From a bacterium (GTDB taxonomy: Bacteria > RBG-13-61-14 > DATKZS01), in contig DATKZS010000196.1 of assembly GCA_035527835.1 (NCBI GenBank), forward strand, positions 1,058 to 65,057: DNA of 64,000 bases, written 5' to 3'. Shown here piece after piece: positions 1-11,035 of the stretch. Position numbers and translations under genes: made by a program. The notes under the pieces are model-generated. The model made no database searches, had not been told where the DNA came from, and saw only the letters and a list, made by a program, of their open reading frames with translations. Every line of letters starts with the position of its first letter. The first letter of the stretch is position 1.

Positions 1-969
1 ATGCGGGCTCTTTATTTTGACGGGGCGCGGATCGGGCTCAAGGAGGTGGATGCGCCGCGGCCGGGGCCGGGAGAGGCCCTGGTCCGGGTGCGGGCCGCCG
101 GCATCTGCGGCACGGACCTGGAGATCGTGAAGGGCTACATGGGTTTTGTCGGCGTGCCCGGCCACGAGTTCGCGGGCGTGATCGTCGAGGCCCCGGACCG
201 GAGCTGGATCGGCCGCCGGGTCACCGGCGAGATCAACCTGGCCTGCGGCCATTGCCGCTTCTGCGGGCAGGGCCTCCCCCGCCATTGCCCGAATCGCGCC
301 GTGCTCGGCATCGTCAACAAGGACGGCGCGTTCGCACAGTACCTCACGCTCCCGGTCGCCAACCTCCACGCGGTCCCTGATGATCTGGACGACGAGACCG
401 CGGTATTCGTGGAGCCGGTGGCGGCGTGTTACGAGATATTGGAACAGGCCGGCCTGGCCGGGAAGCGCGTCGCGGTCCTGGGCGACGGCAAGCAGGGCAT
501 CCTGGCCGCGCGGGTCCTGGCCGCGGAGGGCGTAAAAGAGATCGCGCTCGCGGGCCGCCATCCGGAAAAGCTCGCGCGGGCGAAGGCGGACGGGATCACC
601 ACTTTCATGATCTCCGACCTGCTGGCCGCGGCCGCGGACCCCTTCAGCAAATTCGACGCCGTGGTGGAGGCCACGGGCCGGACGGACGGCTTCGCGGCCG
701 CCCTCGCCTGCGTCCGGCCGCGCGGCGTGATTATTCAGAAGTCCACGGTGGCGGGACCGGTCCCGGTTGACCTTTCCCGCGTGGTGGTGGACGAGGTCAC
801 GGTGATCGGCTCCCGCTGCGGCCCGTTTCCGCCGGCCATCCGCGCGCTGGCCGCCGGCAAGGTCAAGGTCAAGGATCTGATCAGCGGCCGCTACCCGCTC
901 GCGCGGGGCGAGCAAGCATTCGCGGCCGCGTCGGAGCCGGGGGCGATGAAGGTCGTGGTGAGTATGTAG
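1..969 (+). CDS. Zn-dependent alcohol dehydrogenase, MDR superfamily (threonine/sorbitol dehydrogenase-like)
   Basis: 322-aa ORF. Catalytic zinc ligand motifs CGTD and GHEFAG. Structural zinc cluster CGHCRFCGQGLPRHC. Rossmann motif VLGDGKQG. Confidence 0.85.
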   Translation: MRALYFDGARIGLKEVDAPRPGPGEALVRVRAAGICGTDLEIVKGYMGFVGVPGHEFAGVIVEAPDRSWIGRRVTGEINLACGHCRFCGQGLPRHCPNRAVLGIVNKDGAFAQYLTLPVANLHAVPDDLDDETAVFVEPVAACYEILEQAGLAGKRVAVLGDGKQGILAARVLAAEGVKEIALAGRHPEKLARAKADGITTFMISDLLAAAADPFSKFDAVVEATGRTDGFAAALACVRPRGVIIQKSTVAGPVPVDLSRVVVDEVTVIGSRCGPFPPAIRALAAGKVKVKDLISGRYPLARGEQAFAAASEPGAMKVVVSM

Positions 970-998
970 AGACGGTTTCAGGACCCTGATAAGAATTT

Positions 999-1070
999 TA
1001 ACAAGGATATTCAGGATGTTAAGGATAAAAAAAAGATGAAATAATCCTGGAAATCCTGAACATCCCTGTT
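999..1070. repeat. AGGAT-nonamer palindrome, copy 1 (upstream of the permease gene)
   Basis: AACAAGGATATTCAGGATGTTAAGGAT-A8-...ATCCTGGAAATCCTGAACATCCCTGTT, with flank AATTTCTTC. Confidence 0.75.
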
Positions 1071-1093
1071 AATAATTTCTTCAATTTATGTAA

Positions 1094-2035
1094 ATGGAAA
1101 ACGAGGAACATACATCTCGCGCACGCCTCCCCGCGAGTCCGGGACGGATGGTGGCGAGGAGGCTGGGCCGCAACTGGTGGGCCATGGCCGGCCTGATTAT
1201 TATCATCATCCTGTTGGGCCTTGCCGTGTTCGCGCCCTGGATCGCGCCCTACGGCTACGAAAAAATTGACTACCAGGCCAAGCTGGCCGGCCCCTCCTGG
1301 GCCCATTGGCTGGGCTGCGACTTCCTGGGCCGCGACCTCATGTCCCGCATGATTTACGGCGCGCGCGTCTCGCTGGCGGTGGCCGTGGTCTCGACGCTCA
1401 TCAGCCTGGGGCTGGGCACGGCCTACGGCTCGATCTCCGGCTACGCCGGCGGCCGCCTCGACAACGCCATGATGCGGGTGGTGGACGTGATCTATTCCTT
1501 CCCCGACCTCCTCCTCATCATCCTGGTCAACGCCAGCATCAACCGCGAGTGGCTCGACGGCCTGCTCGCCCGCCCGGGCCTCGGCCTGATCGCCCTCTTC
1601 GTCAACGCCGACAACCTGGCGCTGCTCATCGCCTTGTCGCTGGTGAGCTGGGTGTACGTGGCGCGGCTGATCCGGGGCGAGGTGCTCCGGCTCCGGGAGG
1701 AAACCTATATCGAGGCCGCAAGAGCGCTGGGCGTCGGACACACCGGGATCATCGTCCGCCACATCCTGCCCAACACCTGGGGACCGCTCATCGTCACCCT
1801 CACCTTCCGCATCCCGGCCGTGATCCTGGCCGAGAGCACCCTGTCCTTCATCGGGCTCGGCATCCAGCCGCCCAAGTCGTCGTGGGGCACACTCGCCGCC
1901 GACGGATGGACCTCAATGCAGTTCTACCCCCGACTCATCCTCGCCCCCAGCATCGCCATCTTCATCACCATGATCGCCTTCAACTTCCTGGGCGACGGAC
2001 TGCGCGACGCCCTCGCCCCCGAGCGCAAGGTTTGA
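1094..2035 (+). CDS. ABC transporter permease, DppC/OppC (peptide/nickel) family
   Basis: 313 aa. N-terminal TM after a short cytoplasmic leader. Conserved permease core with an EAA-like loop (EAARALGVG). ATG at 1094 follows an A/T-rich upstream palindrome. Confidence 0.8.
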   Translation: MENEEHTSRARLPASPGRMVARRLGRNWWAMAGLIIIIILLGLAVFAPWIAPYGYEKIDYQAKLAGPSWAHWLGCDFLGRDLMSRMIYGARVSLAVAVVSTLISLGLGTAYGSISGYAGGRLDNAMMRVVDVIYSFPDLLLIILVNASINREWLDGLLARPGLGLIALFVNADNLALLIALSLVSWVYVARLIRGEVLRLREETYIEAARALGVGHTGIIVRHILPNTWGPLIVTLTFRIPAVILAESTLSFIGLGIQPPKSSWGTLAADGWTSMQFYPRLILAPSIAIFITMIAFNFLGDGLRDALAPERKV

Positions 2036-2056
2036 CCCCGAGACAATGCTCTCCTG

Positions 2057-2390
2057 AATAAATGGACCGGAGAACCGCCAAGGCGCCAAGAACGCCAAGA
2101 GTTACGATTTTATTACAAGCCTAAGCCCGGCTTCGCGCCGCCGCCAAGCCCACTTCGCCGAAGTAGCTTCGGCTACGAAGGCTGAACCTGCCCGCCGTAT
2201 GACTTTGGCAGGCGGGAGCGCTATGTCGCGCCGGAGGCCGGGCAAAAGATTTTTTCTCGGCGCTCCAGTCGGCCGGTTCGCCAAGCAGGTCGGGGCCAAA
2301 GTTAAAAAGCTTTTTTAAGTCCCGGCGCAAAGAAACACCAAATTCTGCTGGGCGATCCTTGGCGGTCTTGGCGCCTTGGCGTTTTTCTTA
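2057..2390 (+). mobile_element. MITE-like element with terminal inverted repeats, copy 1 (upstream of the AraC-family gene)
   Basis: Left end GGACCGGAGAACCGCCAAGGCGCCAAGAACGCCAAG. Right end CCTTGGCGGTCTTGGCGCCTTGGCG (reverse complement). No ORF inside. Confidence 0.6.
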
Positions 2391-2685
2391 GTGTCTATTT
2401 CGGACAATAATGCCTCAAGATTAGAAATTTTAATCCGCGAAAAAAAATTGTATTTTCTTGTTGACTTTGCCCCCTATACAAGGCTAGTATATGGAAAGGG
2501 AAAAGGGAAAGGCCGCGGCCCATGGATGGCGAGGGTCTGGCGCCCGGAAGACGCGCCGGGCTCCCTGGCCATAAAATATCAACTCCGGGCGCCTATAACT
2601 GTCAGCCGCGGCCTTGCAAGAGAAGTGCAGAACGCCCCGCAGATCCAGGCCCGCCGGGCCGGCAAGTCGAGAGGGAGAAAGAACA

Positions 2686-3338
2686 TGGCCAACGTCATCA
2701 TTTATTTTCATGACCCGACGGAGGGGGCGGCGCTCCGCCGGCCGGTGGGAGACGGGGTCAATTTCACCATGGCCCGGGGCTGGGACGACTTGAGCGGAAG
2801 GCTCTCCGAGGGCCGGCCCTGCGACCTCATCATCCTGGAGGGAGCGCCCACCGGGCTCAAGCCCGATCTGGCCCGCCGTATCAAGAAGATCAAGGACATC
2901 CCGGTCTTATTCTTCGAGGAAAAAAAGCCCGAGGCGGGTCCCTCCGCCGGCGCCGAGTGCCCGCCCCAGAGCGAGGTCTGGAAGGAGGCCGCCGCCCTCG
3001 CCTGTTCCGCCGACCCCATGGAAAAGGCCCGCCAGTTCATGGACGACAACTTCCGCGAGCAGCTCACCCTGGACCAGATCGCCGCCGTCGCCGGAATCTC
3101 CGCCAGCTACTTCTGCCGCCGCTTCAAGGGCAGGCTCGGGGAGTCGCCCATCACCTATCTCCGCAACCTCCGCATCGCCCGCGCCTCCTACCTGCTCGAG
3201 CACACCAGCCTCCAGCTCGCCGAGATCACCCAGCAGAGCGGGTTCTTCTCCGTCTCCTACTTCTGCCGCGAGTTCAAAAAGGCCATCGGCATCTCCCCCA
3301 TCCAGCACCGGAGGGAGAGCGGGAGAAAGAAGGTTTAG
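2686..3338 (+). CDS. AraC-family transcriptional regulator with degenerate N-terminal receiver-like domain
   Basis: C-terminal tandem HTH typical of AraC (LTLDQIAAVAGISASYFCRRFK ... QQSGFFSVSYFCREFKK). ATG at 2686 is preceded by GAGGGAGAAAG. The track ORF starts further upstream at an alternative start. Confidence 0.8.
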
Positions 3339-3510
3339 AGGTTCGAGGACTTGTCCACGGCGATGGCTGATAAATTGAAACGGCAACGGGGTTTAGAAAT
3401 TACGGCGCGCAAAAACTTCGGCAATGCAATCCGTCAACCCTGAACATCCTTAAATTTAATCTCTTGGCCCCGATGAGCCTCGGGTCTTAAACCTCAAACC
3501 AGTGCTGTCC

Positions 3511-3735
3511 AAAATAAACGGACCGGAGAACCGCCAAGACGCCAAGGATTATTTTTAAACACGATTTTAAGAGGGCTGGGGTGCGAATATTTCTTGCTTG
3601 GCGCTCCCGTCGGCCGGTTCGCCAAGCCGGTTGGGGCCAACGCTGCGGAGCTGTTCTTTGCCGGGCCGCCAAGAAACATCATGATTTACTTGGCGATTCC
3701 TGGCGCTCTTGGCGTCTTGGCGGTTTTCTTACGGC
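3511..3735 (+). mobile_element. MITE-like element, copy 2 (downstream of the AraC-family gene; shorter)
   Basis: Left end GGACCGGAGAACCGCCAAGACGCCAAG. Right end CTTGGCGCTCTTGGCGTCTTGGCGG. Shares an internal segment GGCGCTCCMGTCGGCCGGTTCGCCAAGC with copy 1. Confidence 0.6.
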
Positions 3736-3787
3736 CTATTTTGGACAAGAGTGACCTCAAACCCCAAACCTCAAACCTCACTCATCC

Positions 3788-4603
3788 TCACCGGCGCCGC
3801 GCGCCAGGCTTGCGCCGCGGCCGGGGCGCCGCGGCCGGGCCGGTGTCCTCGCCCAGGCCCGAGACCACATAGGTCCCGGACCGGCCGTCGCGGTAGAGCA
3901 TGATCAGACCCTGGTTCTCCGCGTCCTCCAACAGGCCGTTGAACATGCGGTAGCCGTAGTTGCCCTCGTCAAAGCTCGGGTCCTTGCGCTTCATCGTGTC
4001 CTTCACCATCGAGGCGTAGATCACCGGCTTGTTCTCACGCATCAAGGCCGTCACCGAATCCAAGAGCAGCCCGAAGACCTCCTTCTTGCCCTCCGGCAGC
4101 TTGCCAGAGCCGGCGCCCTGGTCCTTCACCACCGTCTTCAGGTCCTCGTAGTAAATGAACTCGTCGCAGTTGTCGCGCAAAAGCTCGGAGGTCGAGCCGC
4201 GCATCCCGAGACCGATCACGTATTTCCCGTTCTCCTTGAGCTTGCTCATCAGCGGCGAGAAGTCCGAGTCGCCGGACACGATGACAAAGGTGTCAATGTG
4301 CGCCTTGGCATAGGCCAGGTCAATGGCGTCCACCACCAGCCGGATGTCCGCCGAGTTCTTGCCCGTGATGTCGCGCTTGGGGATCTCGATCAGTTCGATC
4401 GCGGCCTCGTGCAGCTTCTGCTTGTAATCCGAGTACCGCACCCAGTCCGCGTAAGCCCGTTTCACGATGATCTTGCCCTTCTCAACCAGCCGCGCCAGAA
4501 CCCGCGTGATGTCGAACCGCCCGCCGCCTTGCTTGAACCCCAGCGCCAGGTTCTCGAAATCTATGAACACCGCCAGCCTTCGCTCTTGTTCTACTATTTG
4601 CAT
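3788..4603 (-). CDS. NYN-domain (LabA-like) protein with C-terminal OST-HTH/LOTUS domain
   Basis: 271 aa. N-terminal NYN/PIN-like motifs (VFIDFENL, IVSGDSDF). C-terminal LOTUS-like segment (GYRMFNGLLEDAENQGLI). Confidence 0.75.
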   Translation of the reverse strand: MQIVEQERRLAVFIDFENLALGFKQGGGRFDITRVLARLVEKGKIIVKRAYADWVRYSDYKQKLHEAAIELIEIPKRDITGKNSADIRLVVDAIDLAYAKAHIDTFVIVSGDSDFSPLMSKLKENGKYVIGLGMRGSTSELLRDNCDEFIYYEDLKTVVKDQGAGSGKLPEGKKEVFGLLLDSVTALMRENKPVIYASMVKDTMKRKDPSFDEGNYGYRMFNGLLEDAENQGLIMLYRDGRSGTYVVSGLGEDTGPAAAPRPRRKPGARRR

Positions 4604-4635
4604 GAATTAGGCTCCTTATTCTCCTGATTACCATA

Positions 4636-4738
4636 ACCGCTTATGCGGGTTTTTGGTTTGTAGTTTGTGGTTTGCGGTTAATGCCCGACAAGCCGGACTT
4701 GAATCGGAAACCACAAACCAAAAACCACAAACTACAAA
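4636..4738. repeat. long hairpin built from octamer repeats (GGTTTGNG)n/(CNCAAACC)n; likely terminator of the HIT gene
   Basis: GGTTTTTGGTTTGTAGTTTGTGGTTTGCGG ... CCACAAACCAAAAACCACAAACTACAAAC, a roughly 30-bp near-perfect inverted repeat. Confidence 0.75.
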
Positions 4739-5083
4739 CTATCCCAACCCATGAAGCGGCCTGCCCCCGATCAGGTGCAAATGCAAATGAAACACCACCT
4801 GGCCCGCTTCCCGGTTCGTGTTGATCACGCAGCGGTAGCCGTCATCCGCGACCCCCAGTTCCCGGGCCAGCCTGGCCGCCGCCGCGAACAGGTCGCCCAT
4901 CAAGTTCTGGTTCGACTCATTAATGCCGTTCACCGACTCAACGTGCTCGCGCGGCACGATCAGCACGTGCACCGGAGCAATGGGGTGGACGTCCTTGAAG
5001 GCCACCAGGACCCCGTCCTCGTAAACCGTCTCCGAGGGTATGGTCCCGGCGATGATCTTGCAGAACAGGCAGTCGTCCGGCAT
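4739..5083 (-). CDS. HIT-family (histidine triad) protein
   Basis: Histidine triad HLHLHLIG and LFCKII motif. Internal ATG at 5083 is preceded by an AGGGGGG Shine-Dalgarno. The track ORF extends 11 codons upstream. Confidence 0.85.
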   Translation of the reverse strand: MPDDCLFCKIIAGTIPSETVYEDGVLVAFKDVHPIAPVHVLIVPREHVESVNGINESNQNLMGDLFAAAARLARELGVADDGYRCVINTNREAGQVVFHLHLHLIGGRPLHGLG

Positions 5084-5260
5084 CGTTGGTTCCCCCCTTT
5101 TCGGGCCTCGATTCACCGTTTATTCTGGGGCCAAGGCGCTCTATTGTCAAATCCGAAGAAATGCGGTATTAATGGACTATATGATGTCGGCGCGGTATAA
5201 TCCGGCCGGACCCGGATGGCCCGGCCCATCATCCAACAGCGATTGAGAAAGGAACCCTGA

Positions 5261-5806
5261 ATGCGCGTCAAAGGAACACTGGTCCTGGATTACGTCCGCA
5301 TAATCCGCGCGAACCGCGGCCAGGACTGGTCCAAGTATCTGACCCCCGAGGACTGGCAAATCATTGACAGCCAGGTGCTGTCCTCGCAATGGTACCCCTA
5401 TGACTCTTTCCGCCGCATCGCCTTTGCCGTCTTCAAGGTGATCGCCAAGGGCAACCTGAAAACCGCCGAGACCTTCGGCCGCTTCACCGTCAAGAACATG
5501 CTCGGAGTGTACAAGAACATCCTCGTGCCCGGCGACCCCGCCGCCAGCATGGACAAGCTGGCCCGCCTCCGCCGCACCTTTTTCGAAGGCGAAATGGACA
5601 CCAAGATACTCGAGCACGGCAAGGGATGGCTCCGCTACGAGATCATCGTGTTCGCCCAGGAGGAAGACAACGAGCGCATCGAAGCCTTCTGCCACCAGGC
5701 CGCCGGAAACCTCATCGAGATCACGGAACAGTCCGGAGGCAAAAACATCAAGGCCGACATCTCCCTCAAATCCACGGGCGGAGAGATCAAGGTGAGCTGG
5801 GAATAA
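5261..5806 (+). CDS. hypothetical protein (possibly DUF2378/TIGR02265-like)
   Basis: 181-aa ORF with good codon usage and a GAAAGGAACCCTGA-ATG context. Family assignment is from memory only. Confidence 0.55.
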   Translation: MRVKGTLVLDYVRIIRANRGQDWSKYLTPEDWQIIDSQVLSSQWYPYDSFRRIAFAVFKVIAKGNLKTAETFGRFTVKNMLGVYKNILVPGDPAASMDKLARLRRTFFEGEMDTKILEHGKGWLRYEIIVFAQEEDNERIEAFCHQAAGNLIEITEQSGGKNIKADISLKSTGGEIKVSWE

Positions 5807-5809
5807 ATA

Positions 5810-5912
5810 GTAAGGATGAGGGATGAAGGATGAAACAAGGATGCCCGGTGCTCAGGGGTTCATTCCCGAGCTTTCATCCTTCACCCTTCACACTTTCATA
5901 CTTTCAAACTCC
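5810..5912. repeat. heptamer-arm hairpin (AAGGATG)n, terminator-like, 3' of gene 5261-5806
   Basis: AAGGATGAGGGATGAAGGATGAAA ... TTTCATCCTTCACCCTTCACACTTTC. Confidence 0.6.
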
Positions 5913-5963
5913 CGGATGACTCCCGCCCTTGGCCCGCCCCGGGGCAGGCCGTATAATTGAAGA

Positions 5964-8246
5964 ATGCCCGACCTTGCTCCATCCGCGTCCTGCCTGCCCC
6001 AGGCCATGGCCCTGCTGGCCGCGGCCTGGGCCGCGGCAAGACTCCTCATCCTGCACGCTCCCGTGATCTTTTTCGCGCTGGCCGCCGGCCGGGCCCTGTA
6101 TCGCGGCGGCGAGCGGCTCCCGGTCTTGGTCTCGGCGATGGTGATCTATTTCCTCGCCCTCTGCCTACCGTTATGGGCGGGGCCCAGGCTGTCGTTCTGG
6201 TGGCTCGCGGCGTGGGCGGCGGCGTACGGAGTAATGGGAATCGCCATCAGGCTATGGGAGGCGCGCAAGGCGGATGCGCGGGCTGAAAACCCGGGCCGCT
6301 CCGGAATCGCGCCCGACCCGGCTACGCAGGGCGGCGTCATCACCATCGCGCTCCTTTTGACCGCCCTGCTCGCCACCGGGATTTTTGACCCGCGCTTCGA
6401 CCACGACCCCCTCACCTATCAGCTTTACTTCGCGGCCACGTGGCTCCATGACGGCCGCGTCTCCATCGTGCCCACTCCCTTCGGCGACCCGTCCCAGGCC
6501 TACGGCCCCGCCCTGGCCTCGATGTATTACCTCTGGCTCATGGCGCCCATCGGCAACGACATGCTGGCGCAAGCCGGGCAGTGGCCGTTTTTACTGCTCA
6601 CGGTCCTGGCCGCGTGCGGACTGGCCGATGAGCTCGGCGCCGGCGAGCGCCGCGCCTTTCTCGCCGGGCTCTTCATCTTCATGGCGCCGCTCACGGTTTA
6701 CGAGGGCCGGAGCGCGCTCTCCGACCTCGCAACGGCCGGCTTTTTCGCATCGTCCTTGTATTTCCTGGTCCGCGCCGGCCGCGTGCGCAAGCCCGTGGAC
6801 CTGGCGCTCGGGCTCCTGGCCGCGGGGCTGATGGCCGGCTGCAAGTTCACGGCCGCGCCCCTCCTCGTCCTCCTCCTGCCGCTCCTCGGTTTCGCGGGCT
6901 TGCGCGCTCGCGGCCGAGGGGCCTGGGCCGCGTGGCTTGCCGGTATCGCCGCCGCCATGGCCGGCGGCGGAATCTGGTGCGCCCGCAACTGGCTCATCGC
7001 CGGCAACCCCTTTTTCCCCATCAGCATCTCCGTCATGGGCCATGAAATTTTCCCCGGGCTTTACGGCCGCGAGCAGATGTTAAGCTGGGTGTTCCACCAA
7101 GAGGGAATGCGGGCCTGGCGGGACGTGATGAGCGCTAATTTCTCGCCGCTGCTGCTGGGCCTCGGCGCGCTGGCGCTCATTGGTCTCGTGGCGATGCGGG
7201 CCGGGATGGCGCGTCCCGCCATCATCTACATGGCGCTCCTGCCGCTCCTTATTGACCGCATGTACTGGGAGGTGATGCCCTTTCAGGTGGACCGCTTCTG
7301 GATCCCCGCCGTCCCGGTCCTGGCCGCGGCCCTGGCCGCCGCAAGCTCATGGCGCTGGCCCCTGGCCGTTGCCGCCCTGGCCCTGGCCTACGCCGGCCTG
7401 TTCATCTTCCCGGTTCCCGAGATTCCAGGCCCCGATACCCTGCTCTGGATCAAGATCGCCCTGCCCTTCTCAGCCGCCGCGGGCTTGGCCCTGGCCTTTG
7501 CTTACCGCCGGCTTTGCCAAGCGGCCTCGAAAAAAAGCCCGGCCACAACGCCATCCGCCTGGCCGCATCCGCCCGCGTTGTCCATTGTGGCCGCGGCATT
7601 TTTCTTTCTCATCACCGCGGCGGGCCTCCGCTCCTACGAGTACCGCCGCGCGGCCGCGCTCTCCGGCCTGAAGTCCGGCCCGGGCTGGCTCGCGCTGCCC
7701 TGCTCCGCCGGCGGCGCCACCGTGGCCTACACCGGCGCCAATATGCCCTACCCGCTCCTGGGACCCCGGCTCCAAAACCGCGTGGAGTACGTGTCGCCCT
7801 CCGGCCGCGTCATGCCCCTGGACCACGAGCTGTTCCGCGACATGGGCCGCCAGGCCCCGCGCTTCCAGACCCCGGAGCCCATGCTCTCCGGACTCTCCCT
7901 GGCTAAGGAGCAATGGGCGCACGGCGTGGCCGCCTCCGGCGCCGATTACCTGTTCGTGACGAGGCTCAGCCGCAACGCGCTGCTCAACACCGCCCACGAC
8001 CCGGACGGCTGGCCCCTCGAAGACTCCTGGGCCCGATCCGCGCCCCGCGCCTTCCCGCCAGTGTACCAGGACCGGTTCACCAGGATTTACCAGGTGGACC
8101 GATCCGCTCCACTCTCCCTTCCCGACAAGAAAACCGACCGCCCCGCCGACGCCATCGCCGCCTGTTCCTCAGCCGCCAACCCCGACTGCCCCCGATTCTT
8201 CCCCCTCGCCCCCATGGCCCTCCGCTCCATCCAAACCAGCCCATGA
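5964..8246 (+). CDS. polytopic membrane protein, GT-C-type glycosyltransferase-like (PMT/ArnT-like) with C-terminal soluble domain
   Basis: 760 aa. At least 10 predicted TM helices in the first 520 aa. Loop motif FDHDPLTYQLYF resembles the DE-Y loop of the GT39/GT83 families. Confidence 0.55.
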   Translation: MPDLAPSASCLPQAMALLAAAWAAARLLILHAPVIFFALAAGRALYRGGERLPVLVSAMVIYFLALCLPLWAGPRLSFWWLAAWAAAYGVMGIAIRLWEARKADARAENPGRSGIAPDPATQGGVITIALLLTALLATGIFDPRFDHDPLTYQLYFAATWLHDGRVSIVPTPFGDPSQAYGPALASMYYLWLMAPIGNDMLAQAGQWPFLLLTVLAACGLADELGAGERRAFLAGLFIFMAPLTVYEGRSALSDLATAGFFASSLYFLVRAGRVRKPVDLALGLLAAGLMAGCKFTAAPLLVLLLPLLGFAGLRARGRGAWAAWLAGIAAAMAGGGIWCARNWLIAGNPFFPISISVMGHEIFPGLYGREQMLSWVFHQEGMRAWRDVMSANFSPLLLGLGALALIGLVAMRAGMARPAIIYMALLPLLIDRMYWEVMPFQVDRFWIPAVPVLAAALAAASSWRWPLAVAALALAYAGLFIFPVPEIPGPDTLLWIKIALPFSAAAGLALAFAYRRLCQAASKKSPATTPSAWPHPPALSIVAAAFFFLITAAGLRSYEYRRAAALSGLKSGPGWLALPCSAGGATVAYTGANMPYPLLGPRLQNRVEYVSPSGRVMPLDHELFRDMGRQAPRFQTPEPMLSGLSLAKEQWAHGVAASGADYLFVTRLSRNALLNTAHDPDGWPLEDSWARSAPRAFPPVYQDRFTRIYQVDRSAPLSLPDKKTDRPADAIAACSSAANPDCPRFFPLAPMALRSIQTSP

Positions 8247-8456
8247 TGCCCCAACACCCGCAGATGCGGCCCAGGGGCTGCGGGCGCCCTTGCAGGTCTT
8301 CACCCCTACCAATTATTGCATACGCGGATCAGGGGGAGCGGGTGCCCTCACCCGCGCTCACCCGCGTCTCAAAATTTTTATCTTGACCTGGAACCCAACC
8401 GCCACTCCGTTGTCTATTAACTATCCCCGAAAGGAAGCCAAACCCTTTCATCAGCA

Positions 8457-8497
8457 CAACCGCCCCGGGTAACCCGCCTGGGGCGGTTGTGTTTTTA
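8457..8497 (+). terminator. rho-independent terminator after the GT-C gene (first of two tandem similar modules)
   Basis: CAACCGCCCCGGG...CCTGGGGCGGTTG stem followed by TGTTTTT. A second near-copy at 8588-8625 lacks a clean T-run. Confidence 0.6.
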
Positions 8498-8675
8498 TGA
8501 ATCTCATGCATTTTTCTGAAACCTTTGTTCAGAAAATGAATCTAAATAAGTGAATCCCCGAAAAGAAGCCAAACCTTTTCATCATGCAACCGCCCCCGGG
8601 AAGTTCCCAGGGGCGGTTGCATTTATAAGCATTTCAATAAGTTATAGCGACGATGGACCATTCAAGCAACCAAGA

Positions 8676-8790
8676 GCTCGCACAGAGACACTGAGGCACA
8701 GAGATTTATGGGGTTTCAATAAGACTGTTCCGGTCTTTTCATCAAAAAAACCAATTAAAACCTCTGTGTTCTCTGTGCCTCTGTGCGAGA
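8676..8790. repeat. CACAGAGA hairpin, copy 1 (upstream of the groESL promoter)
   Basis: CTCGCACAGAGACACTGAGGCACAGAGA ... TCTGTGTTCTCTGTGCCTCTGTGCGAG. Confidence 0.7.
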
Positions 8791-8847
8791 TCCCCCTCTC
8801 CTGATTCCATTCCGGGCATTTTTTGTAAAAATTTCGTGCTTCCCCGC

Positions 8848-8875
8848 TTGCTTTTTCCGCGGGAATGACTATAAT
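8848..8875 (+). promoter_or_regulatory. sigma70-type promoter of groESL (TTGCTT-N16-TATAAT)
   Basis: -35 at 8848-8853, -10 TATAAT at 8870-8875, located 9 nt upstream of CIRCE. Confidence 0.7.
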
Positions 8876-8884
8876 GACCACAGA

Positions 8885-8912
8885 TTAGCACTCTACTAGG
8901 GGAGAGTGCTAA
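8885..8912 (+). promoter_or_regulatory. CIRCE operator (HrcA binding site)
   Basis: TTAGCACTCT-N8-AGAGTGCTAA perfect inverted repeat matching the CIRCE consensus TTAGCACTC-N9-GAGTGCTAA, 53 nt upstream of groES. Confidence 0.9.
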
Positions 8913-8964
8913 TCCGTTCTTAGGACTATCAAACCGGAAAAATACGGGAGAAAGGAGTAAAGCT

Positions 8965-9291
8965 ATGAAAATCAAGCCGTTACAAGACCGCGTACTGGTG
9001 ACCAGGATCGAGAAGGAGGAAAAGACGGCCGGAGGGATCATCATCCCGGACACGGCCAAGGAAAAGCCCGCGGAGGGCAAGATCGTGGCGGTGGGCCCGG
9101 GCAAGACCACTGACGAGGGCAAGGTGATCAAGTTGGACGTCAAGGTCGGCGACCACGTGCTGTTCGCTAAATACGGCGGGACCGAGGTCAAGGTTGACGG
9201 GGTCGAGTACCTCCTGATGCGGGAGGAAGAGATCCTGGGCGTGATCGAGGGATCGGGCTCCCATAAAGATTCCAAGAAGAAAAAGAAGTAA
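8965..9291 (+). CDS. groES: co-chaperonin GroES (with Lys-rich C-terminal tail)
   Basis: [12 protein letters not shown]...[13 protein letters not shown]...KYGGTEV; canonical Cpn10. Shine-Dalgarno GGAG 8 nt upstream. Confidence 0.97.
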   Translation: MKIKPLQDRVLVTRIEKEEKTAGGIIIPDTAKEKPAEGKIVAVGPGKTTDEGKVIKLDVKVGDHVLFAKYGGTEVKVDGVEYLLMREEEILGVIEGSGSHKDSKKKKK

Positions 9292-9299
9292 TTAAATAA

Positions 9300-10979
<1,680 letters not shown>

Positions 10980-11006
10980 TTACATCCGCGAAACCTCGCC
11001 AACCAA

Positions 11007-11035
11007 GGCGGGCCCTCGGGCCCGCCTTTTTTTTG
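11007..11035 (+). terminator. rho-independent terminator of groEL
   Basis: GGCGGGCCC-TCG-GGGCCCGCC stem-loop followed by T8. Confidence 0.85.

Noticed and set aside
1019-2061. Large antisense or alternative-frame ORFs throughout (for example 1019-1762 minus, 1306-2061 plus, 16651-17937 minus, 26744-27628 minus, 28732-29862 minus, 30604-32295 minus, 37244-38755 minus, 55130-56404 minus)
   Set aside because: These are typical shadow ORFs of high-GC DNA overlapping genes with clear homology on the other strand or frame. They have Arg/Pro/Gly/Ala-dominated composition.
5957-6286. 109-aa ORF overlapping the start of the GT-C membrane protein gene
   Set aside because: It is an alternative frame of the same region. 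The 760-aa frame has coherent TM topology.
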